In this document: piece after piece, positions 52,621 to 64,000 of the stretch
Position numbering within the stretch: position 1 is the first letter of the stretch
How the letters are laid out: each line of letters begins with the position of its first letter
Origin: the human T2T-CHM13v2.0 reference genome, Homo sapiens
Strand: one strand, 5' to 3'
Length of the DNA stretch: 64,000 nucleotides
Assembly (NCBI RefSeq): GCF_009914755.1
Contig: NC_060929.1
Position numbers and translations under genes: made by a program
The notes under the pieces: model-generated
What the model was told of the DNA's origin: nothing
Seen by the model: the letters and a program-made list of their open reading frames with translations, nothing else
The model's database searches: none

Positions 52621-54769
52621 GTACAGGTGGGTAGTCATATATTCAACTCCAGTTATGTGTGTAAAACCTCATGTTGATTTATACAATAAGATAGTCTTAA
52701 AATGTATTTCCACTCTTAGTTGCTTTGGTCCCTTCTCCCCTAGTCCCTAAGAGATATACTTTTCACTCTTCAGTTAGAAGTCCTCCAGGTGGGAAAGTTT
52801 TTTGTGGGGGTGGTTGTTTCTTACAATCACAGATTTCCCTGAGTCTTGAAGACTCTGGGACCCATACAGTTAACCTGCAGGCAACAGAACTAAGCATCTT
52901 GGCACACTTGTAGAGGTTACTTGACATCGACAATAGTAGTTGAGAAAAATCTAAATTCAACAAGCCCATGACTATTGTCAGTTCAGTGCTTCAGTTTGAA
53001 GATAAAACAAAAAACTGTCATAAACTCCATAAGCTAAGTGGCAGTTTAAAGGGCAATTTAAAAATATTTTATAACGAGGAAATAAAGGTCTTATTGTGAT
53101 AACCTGGCCATAAATGCATGAGAACTGCTTTGACCCTATATTTATTAGGATACTTATGAGATTTTTTTAAGCTAAATGGAAAAGTGAGGGGCCAAACATT
53201 CTTGTTTGCAAATAGGACAGAATTTCAGCAGGTACTGACTTTTAAAAATTCAGACATAGAAGAAACATCTTTATAGTTTATAAATATAACTATATTGTGG
53301 ATGCTCACACATATAAGCAAAATGAAGTAGGTGGCTGAAACACTTATTCACCTAATTATTACCCCCAGAATTGTCAAACCAGAAATTTGAGGCAAAACAT
53401 GTTTTTGTTTTTGGCAAATGTGTCCTGTTTTGTTTTGTTCATGGAGGTGATGTTTGAATTTGAATAATGGAGCAAGGATATGTTAAATTCATTCAGAGCA
53501 ACTGAATTGTTTTGGAGCTGAAAGAATATTATTAATAGACCATGGAACTGGGAATGGTGTTTCTGGCTTTTCACATTTGCACATACAAGGCATGGAGAAT
53601 TTAGATGGGATCTAGAATTTCTTTAGTTTTATCCCTAAAGTGATGGCTGGCTGTGACTATAGTTCTGGAGAGTTTTGCAAAGCTGCAGCTCCCTAGGAGG
53701 GCAGAGCACCCAGTTAAATCACCAGGAAGAACCCCATCTGAAGCAACGTGTTTATGGGTATAATACTTCTGCGAACATATGCTCATTAGATTGTCACAGC
53801 CATGTGAGGAGGTTAGGGCCAATTCTGTGAGCTCCATTTCAGGGCTGAGGGTAACAGAAACGCGGTGAACCATTGATAGTAGGGGAAGTGACCAAAAGTG
53901 ATGAGGTTTATTAGCAATCATTTGGTGCAGACCTTCATTCTCGGGCATACACGTCCAGTGGGTTTGCTAACAAAGAGGCATCCTCCTCCCTCCCTGCTGC
54001 CCTCCTTCTCTCCCCTTCTCTCTGTCTTTCTCCCTTACTTCCTCTCTCCATGTATATTTATGAAATCGCTCTGAGAACAATACTGTGGTAGTCACTGATG
54101 AGAGAACCGAGGCAATAAGCCAGATTACCCAAGCCAAAAACAAAACAAAACTGTTCCTAGAAAAAAGAAGAGTATAATTTCTGAGCCAAACTTTAAGAAT
54201 GGTGAGCCAAAATTCAGATAATTGAGGCAAATGGTTTGTTTTGTCTATTTGACTTAATTAGCTAAATAACATCCTTATCTCTAATTATATCTTGGTGGTG
54301 AAACCCCAAATCATAAGAGATCCCTGCCCTTGGGCAATTTGGGGCAAGTTGCTTCAGTTATAAATTAAGTTTCCTCAATTATAAAATGATTAAAGTGTGG
54401 TGAAGATTGAATGAAATGATACATGAAACTGCTTGGCACATAGGGAGCCCTCAGTAATAACTGGTTATTGTTTATATTAAGGTGGGATGTAAGGAAGAAC
54501 TTACAAGGATGAGAGGGGAGGTGGGAGGGGCTTCCAGGGAACCAATATTTGTAAAATGTCTATGTAACAGGGTACTCACCGAAAAGGTGTGTGTTCTCTC
54601 TCTCCGCATGTTGGCCGTGACCCGAATGTACCTGTCTTGGGCCCCTACTGAGTTTGCAGGTCCCTGTAACCAGAGAAATGGGGTTGCCCTTAGCAGCGCC
54701 CTGTAACAGGCACTTCCTCATTACTGATAGTCCTTAGATAAAAGCATTACATCTCCTTGCCCCACAGGA

Positions 54770-55158
54770 TGAGGAAGTGATTCCCTTTTCAATTCCTTCT
54801 CAGTGCTGATTTCATCAAGCAGAAAGTCTAAGTTAGGAGCTACAAATCTTTAACACATATCTTTTACACTTCATAAACTCCATCTTTAAAAAAAGCAGGT
54901 CAGAAGCTCAGAATCTTAGACAACCTTCTAGTTAGAATTTATACTTTTTAAAATTTTCTTTTTATGGTGATTTTTTAACATTGAAAATAATAATATAAAC
55001 TTTCATTTTAAATAATTTTGGGTAAAAAGAGGAGGTGACTTAAAAGAATATTAAGGAAGTATTAAGCAACTATGATAAAAACATAAAGATGAGTTGGTGT
55101 GCCAATGTGACAAAAATCATGGCCATCATATTAAAATGACCAAAGTTTGGGAACTGCT
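54770..55158 (+). mobile_element. hAT-Charlie DNA transposon (MER113-like), second copy
   Basis: attcccttttcaattcc..atcaagcagaaagtct..aaatgaccaaagtttgggaactgctg (TIR-like end). Confidence 0.55.
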
Positions 55159-55839
55159 GCTCTTGCCAAAAGAAAACCGTGACTGTTCTTCGTGGTCTTA
55201 TGATTGATCTCTCAGCCTTATTTTAAAGCCATCCAAGACTGACTGCTCCAAGAAAATGATGAGTTGATAGACATGGCTGTCTGAACCCACCTATCAGCAT
55301 GGGAATTTCTGCATTCTGGATATGAACAATAAAAGCATATGTATAGGGACTACACACAGTGAGCCTGAGATAAATTTCTAGAGGGGAAAGAAGTGACCTA
55401 ACCAAAAAAGAGCAAACCTTTATTGGGTCCCTTCATCCATCTATGTTCCGGAAGACTGTTCTATGTGGGCATGAAGTGGATTTGGAGATGAAATGTCCAA
55501 GGAAAACAAGAACAGTAACCAGATAAGAAGAAATCTGTTCTTGGCATCAGCATACTTGTTATATTCTTACTGCATGCTTCTCTGATCAACCTAATAAATT
55601 CTCCTTTCTCTTGGAAAATGGCATGAGCACATTACTTTGTAGTCAGCAGCAAAGGGTATGTTAGTGAACATACTCCAAGAAGAAAGAGGAATCTAAATAG
55701 AAAATTCCTATCAAGTGAAAAGAACCCACAAGGCCTTTACCTTCATGAGCTTACTTAGTATATGTACTAGGTTAATACACTTCCAAATAAGTATGGGTAG
55801 CACATTTCAAAGACAAGGAAAAAGGCTCGAGGGAGTTAA

Positions 55840-56130
<291 letters not shown>

Positions 56131-58115
56131 TAAGACATAAAACTTCTGTCTCCTTTTTTTTTTGAATTTGAGATACCTTTATCTGCCAGCAATTTTTTTA
56201 GATGTACTAAACAAGTTTGGATTCATTTTACTGTTTCATTTGTTGATGCAATAAATTGTTGGTGATGCGATAAATCTATGACCAAGCAGAGAACTTAGAC
56301 GACTCTTTCTATGGTGTTTTCTCTACATATGTATGGTTCAACTTGTTTTGTGTTCATTCATTGGTTTATTCATTTGACTGTATTTATCAAACGTTTACTC
56401 TGCACTTTTGCATTGGACTTAGTATTCTGTGTCTATCCACAAACAAATTGGAACCAGCCTTCAATTTGCCAGTATCACATATCCTCCTGGATAAATGCTC
56501 AAGTGTGTTGTGCACACCATTGTTACGTTAAATGTGTTCCTAATATGTGTTATCATCATATCAACTTGGGCAGAAGTCCTCCCCAGAGAAGGCGAGTGAA
56601 GATGAGGTCAGAAACATGTGTTTTGTTGAGAGAAATGGTTTCTAGAAATCATTTCTTTCTGGTTTTTCTTCCTATTCTAAAAGAACCAAATAAGAGAAAA
56701 CCTCCACAAGCAAAACAAATGGTGGCTTCAGCACATGGATGGTCTCCAATAGATCTTCATAAATATCAAGATGCACAAACACTTTTTCTCTCTCTTAACT
56801 CACCCTCCCAGCACAGTGCTCAGAGTGCTGGTAATGTGCAGACTTCAGTGTAGGTGATGCCTTAGGGTCTGAAAGAGAAGTTAGTGAAATAAGCTTCCTT
56901 CTTCCTGTCTTGCTCCAGGGTTCCTCACTATCACCTTTCCTTGTAGTTTCTACCTAGAAAGTCAACACAGCGTACTGTCTTCTTTAATCTAAGTGTACTT
57001 TTCGACACCTCTATATTCTTGCCTTTTCACACCTTTATCATTCCTTCTTTGAATGTAAACCTTCCCCTGTACCTGTTTTCTATGTCCTTTCAAGAATGGT
57101 TTGGGAAGCTCTCTCTTTTGATAAGACTTCTATCCTCACTCTTCTGTTCTTTCAGAAGCAAAGATGGATTTTTTTAAACAAAGTTTTTATTGCTTCTTTT
57201 GGCCTGAAGCACCAAACAGGTCTCTGAGTCTATAACATGGGCTTTTATTTTAGATGAGATTCAAGAGAAGAACATGGGAGATACTACATATCATGTGTGC
57301 GCTTTTACTTACTCCTTTACGTCCTGAATGAATTTAATATATTTTTCATTGATTAATACATTAACATAGCTGCTAAATGCCTAGTATGTGTAAGACAGTA
57401 TGCTAAGGTTTGGTGAGAAATTGACAGACAAGGTATAGAGTACTTTCGATTCTCTGTTTTGGAATAAAAGGGTAGTTCTACAATCAAATATCAATTACCT
57501 TCAGGTATATGAAATCAAATATTGCCTTCCTCAGCTACAAAATTGAGATGTGGCTATGTACAGTATGTAAGTCTGGATATAATAAAGCAATACTTAGTAA
57601 ATCTTTGAATAAACAAAGGAATACAGAGCTGGAGAAGAAAAGTCTCTGGGAAAGATCATTTAAAATTAGAATTAGGGATTTTGGTAAATATACAAATGGG
57701 AAAATAAGCACTCAAGTGAGAAAATACGAAGACTGAGAAGACATAGAATTGATATTTTTGAAACAATTGAGGGGACCCAGAGGTGAAAAACAAATATATT
57801 GACATACTTATGGACCTCATGGACCGGGTAAATGAAGTTGTTCAGTGGAAAGTTAGTTATTTTTAGAGCAAAAGGAACAGGAAATAATGCTTTACACACT
57901 GGTTTATTTGTAGCACTTATTACTGAAGAAGTGATGTCAGTCAAAACGAAATAAATTGAACTATGTTGAGAATGGATCTAAGCCAGTTTGGTCATTCCCA
58001 ATTATTAGCTTCTTTTTTTTAAGAACTAGTAACCTTCAAAAATTTAGAGGTAGTTTACAGTTTAGGATCTCCTCCCCTGCAACTTTCCTACCAGGTTATA
58101 ATGAAAGTAACTCTT

Positions 58116-58497
<382 letters not shown>

Positions 58498-58679
58498 CTA
58501 GAACCTGTTTGGCAATCTTCTTGAGTCCCAATTCTATCCTTTTAGTTTCATTGGACACAAAATGGATACTATTCTGGGGGCAAGATGGATTCAACACTAT
58601 GGCTGGCATCATGCAGAAGAGTCCTTCCCACCAGCAACCTGGGTCCTGCATTGGCTGCCATTTCAAAAGTGCAGATGGG

Positions 58680-59760
58680 GCTTTCCACTTAGAATAGAGT
58701 GGTTTATGGCAGCTTAACACTCCCACGGGAACACAACTGAAAAAAAAGCTAGATCAAATTCAAAAAACACATCTGTTTCAAGGCATCAGAGAGCTGCAAA
58801 AGCAATGAGGACTAGATGGGCTAAAATTCCAGACGGGAAAATCCCAGAGGGGTGAGGAAGGGATCTTTTGCAGCTTTTCCTAGGGGGTATTTGCCTAGTT
58901 CTAGGTGTGGCTATGAGGCTGAGAAGCCTTTCTTGGCTCCAGCAAAGGGCCGCTGTTGCGAGGGAAGGAGAAAACAGCAGAGACTGGAGCAGGTATGCAG
59001 TAAGGAGGTGACCCAACTGGTGATTTCAATGGCCTTAACACACAGCTAGTTACTTCTTGAAGACATTTGCTCAATCCTGAAGCTGAGCCCAGTGGGAGAC
59101 TTAGAAACTAAGTTTAAAAATCTTAGAAAAGCAGAGCAGAACTTTCCTCCAGTTCATGGTTCTACGAAGACGCTGACTGCTGGGGAGGAACTCTGGTTCA
59201 TGGGGCCTGGGGGCAGTGGTGAGGTGACTTGTTTGCAGCTGCCTGTTCCCTGTCAGCTTTGGCCAGTTCCGGGTATGGCCAGAGCTAAGCATCTTGCTTG
59301 GCCCAACAGAGGGCCACTGTTGGGATGGGAAAGCAGAGGTTTTTGCATTTATGTGAGGCTGGAATTCACTGGAGACTTGAGGAGCCTCAAACACACAGCT
59401 GGTTTCCCTTTAAGAAATTTGCAGAATTCTGAAGCTGCATGGAATAGGAGATTAAAAATCAGAAAACTTCTGAAAAGCAAATGGGAGTTTTCTGTATTCT
59501 GTGTGCACTGAGAAGTCAAGGATCTCCCAGGCGCTGGGGTCCTGGTCGATACTTCATGTTCTCACTTAGAAGAAGGGCCTCATTCTGGGAACAGGAACAA
59601 ACCCAAGATACACGCAGCCCAGTCACAAGCTTGGGGAAGATGCTTCTCCCAGCCCCAGTCTATCCACCCCACAGAGGAAAGGGTTGATCCTCTCCTGGTG
59701 GAAGATAACATCTACAGCCTTCATAAGTTTTTATACACAACAATCTGTCATTCAACTAGA
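58680..59760 (+). mobile_element. Possible old L1M 5'-region fragment
   Basis: tttccactt..acaactgaaaaaaaagctagatcaaat..ctgtttcaaggcatcagagagc resembles old L1M 5' ends; weak. Confidence 0.35.
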
Positions 59761-60127
59761 TATAAAGACCACTGAGGTCAGAAGATTCTCATACCCTGTC
59801 ATGCAAGGATGGAGTATGTCTCCATGCTATTTTTAGCCAATCTACCTCTTGAACACCCTAATTGCACTAATGGAAACAGCTTTGATTATTAGCATGATAG
59901 AAAATAATCTATTATGCCAATAAACAAAACATATTGTTGATTAGAGATAAAGAGCTGAAACTCTTGCAGCAGCACTTCCGGGGTATCACTCTAATAATTA
60001 AGGGCTGGTTGATCACTCTGAAGTATGTATTTTTTATTAGAGTGTAGAATAAACACACATGTATTATAATACTTTATGATGAAATGTTTTAAAGTAAATA
60101 ATAGCTCATATGAGACTAAAAGCTCTT

Positions 60128-60332
60128 TAATAATTTGTTGTATATTTTCAAAAAGTTAGAAGAGACTATTTTGAACGTTCACAACACAAAGAAATCATAA
60201 GTGTTTGAAGTAACTGATACATTAATTATCCTGATTTGATCTTCATATATTGTATACACATACTGAAATATCACTCTGTATCCTATAAATATATATAATT
60301 ATTACATGTCAACTGAAAATAAAATGGAAAAA
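60128..60332 (+). mobile_element. L1MA 3' end fragment
   Basis: ttgtatattttcaaa..agaagag..caacacaaagaaat..taattatcctgatttgatc..atcactctgtatcctataaatat..gtcaac. Confidence 0.85.
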
Positions 60333-60460
60333 CATCAGAAGCCTTGGTAGATTCAACTCTGTGTGCCTAGCTCATTCAGCTCTCAGCTTGTAATAGGGGA
60401 TCAGTCACACTTGTTGAGTGAATTAATAAATTAAATATTTAGGTAAAATAATAAATGATG

Positions 60461-60804
<344 letters not shown>

Positions 60805-60949
60805 TCAGAACAAGGGGCTGTTCGCCTGTTGGTACCTCTTCTCCCTAACTCATTTTGAATCCCCAGTAATGTCCTATATCCTGATTGGTTCTCATATCCT
60901 GTCTTGGATTGCTTTGTTACCATTCTGATTATTTTCCATGCCTTTCCTG

Positions 60950-61230
60950 GAAGGCAACGTAGCAAGGAGACTGGGAAGCAGGCACTCAGGTGTCAGGCAG
61001 ACCTTATCAAGGGGCCTTGACTCTACAACTTACCTACCACCCATTTGGCCACTAGCAGGTTACTTAACCTCTCTGGATCTCAGCCCTCTACTGTACAATG
61101 GGTATAGCATAGTAGCTTTTACAGAAAGTTGATGTGAGGATTAAATAAGATAACACTTGTCAAATGCTTAGGAGAGTTCCTTCAACATAGTCCAATGTAG
61201 TTGTACAATAAAATATTAGCAATTATTGTA
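60950..61230 (+). mobile_element. MIR SINE
   Basis: caggttacttaacctctctg..ctcag..ctgtacaatggg..gtgaggattaaataagataa. Confidence 0.7.
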
Positions 61231-62629
61231 TTCTTTTGTAAGCCTATGCATTGCTCAATTTGGATTTTTCAAACAAACAAAAATTAAGATTACATCAAGA
61301 TTGTGCACCTTAACAAAACAAAAGCTCAGGAGAGATGAGACTCAAATAATAAATGCTAGAATACATACTTTTGTGTTAATATTCTGCCTTCAAAGAAGTC
61401 AACTTGAAAGACTAACACTGAGCTGAAGACATTTAAAAAGCAATTTCCCAGCCTGTTAACATTTTCCAGTCTATACAGGTCTCAAACATTTTGGGAGACC
61501 CCTAAAACCAGCTTCCTCACTTCCTAGGCATGTCTTAATATATATACGTGTGTGTATGTGTATATATATATATAATATTTTATATATAATTATATATAAA
61601 AATATATATAATATCTTTCTACCAAAATTGGTATCTCTAACAGAATTAACTTAACATAAGATCTAACTGAAAATTGCATTTACTTTTACAGAAATTAAAT
61701 CTGACTTTAAAAGATGAATAATCTACAGACTCTCAACAATGAAGAGTATGTCTCGGCTTTTAAATACCACTGCCAAAGAGTTCTTTTAGGTCAAGACTCA
61801 TTCATTTGGGGGTAGGATAACAGACTAGACTATTTACCTTCATTAACCTGAAACTATGGGAGGTGTGGAAGTCAACCTGTATTTGTCATTGGGTCCGAGT
61901 GTCTCTGCGGTCTACCTGTCCTTGAGCTGTCATAATGGCTGGTACATTTTCTAGGAGCATTGCATAAGGACTATTAGCAATTCCAAACAGCCAATCAAGC
62001 ATATGTATATGACAACCTGCATTAAATATCAGTTAGTTTTCTCATCTCTGAGCAACAGAGCTGATTTGAAATCATATAAGTGTGTACGGCAAGAGTTGCA
62101 TATAGCCAAAATTACCTTTTATAATCTTTTAGGAAGACATCAAATTGAATGCCAATAAACCCAACGCAGCCAGTTTTTTCCCACTGTCTAGACATATTCC
62201 TGTTTCTTTGGATTACTACCAGAATAAATAGTTGGCGTGCATTTGGAGGCCATATTTTAGGAAATGTTCTTATCTTGAAACACTAGTAGCACATTCAGTG
62301 CAGAGAGATGTCCATACCATGAGAGGAGCATGCGGGAACTGGCACCAAATGTGGAAGATCAGATTCACTTTTCCCATCTCTCCTGCACTCCAAGCACATA
62401 TGTATTGAGGAGGTGGTCAGGTAGAATCACTGCACTATTTACATGGTTTATAGTATTTTCTTTTATTTTATGTTTCGCCTGGGCACACTGTATTGAACTC
62501 TACCAGTTGGCTCTATTAAATTAGATGCATGGAGATATACTCTATACCACAGTCTTGGAAAGAACTCATAGATAAAATTTACTGTCTGCCAGGGACTCTA
62601 TTAAACATGCATTATTTTATGTAATCTTG

Positions 62630-63335
62630 TTTAAAGTTTTATTTTTTAAAGTCATACAGTAAAATTGACCTTTTTGGTGCACAGTTCCATGACATTTAAC
62701 ACAGACATAAATTCTTAAAATACCATCACAATCAGGACACAGAACAGTTCCATTACCCCATGAAACTCCCTGCTGTTCTCTTGCAGTCAACTCTTTCTCC
62801 ACCCTTAACCCTGAGCAGATCCATGGCAGCCAAGCTCCTGTTTTCTGTCAATATACCTGTGTCTTTTCAAGAATGTTACATAAATGGAATTATACAATAT
62901 ATAACCTTTGAGACTGGTTTCTTTCACTTAGCCTAATGCCTCTGAGATTCATCCGAGCTGTGTGTATCAATAGTTCATTCCTTTCTGTTGCTGAGTAGTA
63001 TTCCATTGTATGGCTATATCATAGCTTATTAATTCATTCTCCCAGTCTTTTGGGTTGCTTCCAGTTTTGGTGATTATAAATAAAACTGCTGTAAGTATTT
63101 ACATATAGTTTTGTGTGAATATAAGTATTCATTTCACTTGGGAAAATATCCAACAGTGGGATTGTTAGGTCATATGGTAAGATTACATACAAAAAAACTA
63201 CAAAACTTCTTCCAGAATGGCTGTACCATTTTGCATTCCCATTAGCAATGTATGAGAGTTTCAACTGCCATGCATCTTCATTAGAAGTTGGTATTGTCAG
63301 TAGTATTTTTAGTCATTTAATAGGTATGTGGCATA
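62630..63335 (-). mobile_element. L1M (MC/ME-like) 3' fragment
   Basis: catacagtaaaattgacctttttgg..acagttc..aaatggaattatacaata..gagattcatcc..ctgtaccattttgcattccc. ORF 63034..63264 resembles the L1 ORF2 C-terminus (LPYDLTIPLLDIFP). Confidence 0.85.
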
Positions 63336-64000
63336 TAATACTCTAATATCACTATAAAGTAGGTAGTATTATTATCTCAGTTTTATGAGTGAAGAAATGA
63401 AGGCTCAGAGAGTGTAAGTACATCACCATAGACCTCACATTATGTAAGGGTCAGAAGAATCCCAGGATTTAACTCCAGAGTCCTAAAGACATTCCACATT
63501 GTGGTATAAGAGCAATCTATTTGACAAGACATGTATCTTCATATGTGACTTCTATTTGCAAGTCATAAGCTTTAATACACCTTGTTGATTTCTTTTAAAA
63601 GTTGGGGATACGTTGCATAACTGTCAGTTTGTGAATAAGCTGGAAGATGCCTTCAATCAGACATGTACTTTCTTTTGAACAAAAAAAAAGAGAGAGCTTA
63701 GCAGAGACATTGAAGACACCAATTTAAATTTTCTCTTGCATTAAAAAAAATATTCAGGACAAGAAACCATGAAAAATTTTTAAAAACACATACACACATA
63801 ATGCTCCCTGTGACCTTTTATTTCCCTTCTGCTTTTTCCTCCCACTGGGCAACCATTGCTTTTGGCTGGTTAAGAAAAATTCCAGCTCTTAAGAACCATT
63901 TTTATAGATTTGAAAAGAGAACATTTTTTGCTTTTTTTTCTTTCCCCCGAGGTTTTCTTTTTTCTTATCCTTCTTGAGCTATGGTCTTAGGACAATTTCA

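Noticed and set aside
56727-56747. REST/NRSE-like ttcagcacatggatgg
   Set aside because: The spacer is one base short and the right half-site is poor.
56311-56853. 180-aa ORF, the longest plus-strand ORF
   Set aside because: No recognisable domain, composition typical of random AT-rich DNA, and it overlaps an L2-like tail (cattcattggtttattcatt).
59092-59511. 139-aa ORF
   Set aside because: No recognisable homology, non-ATG start, and it lies in probable old L1 5' sequence.
59987-60044. 11-bp inverted repeat cactctaataa...ttattagagtg next to an ETS consensus (cacttccgg)
   Set aside because: A rough estimate (64000 x 100 / 4^11) gives about one such pair by chance, and the inner region does not pair like a pre-miRNA.
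63920-63970. Polypyrimidine tract ending in ..cccccgag as a splice acceptor
   Set aside because: It is followed by more T-rich low-complexity sequence, and no exon or donor is visible before the window ends.

Overview
This is primate, most likely human, non-coding DNA: AluJ/S/Y, L1PA2, THE1 and MST elements are present. It is AT-rich, CpG-poor and dense in old MIR/L2 fragments, as expected for a large intron or gene desert. I see no intact protein-coding exon, RNA gene or CpG island, and I cannot name the locus. The one gene-derived feature is a 5'-truncated processed pseudogene of TRAF4 on the minus strand (~8815-10500), covering the last zinc finger, coiled coil, most of the MATH domain and probably a long 3'UTR. 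The rest is transposable-element debris with some clear insertion histories: an Alu inside an Alu, two multi-layer nested element stacks with deletions, and a very short, near-pristine L1PA2 insertion with a perfect target-site duplication (TSD). There are also two perfect tandem duplications (50 bp and 27 bp), microsatellites, and several repeat-free, motif-rich stretches that could be conserved enhancers. I found no convincing evidence for a new biological system. Repeat subfamily names and TRAF4 comparisons come from recalled consensus sequences, not from a search, and boundaries of old repeats are approximate.
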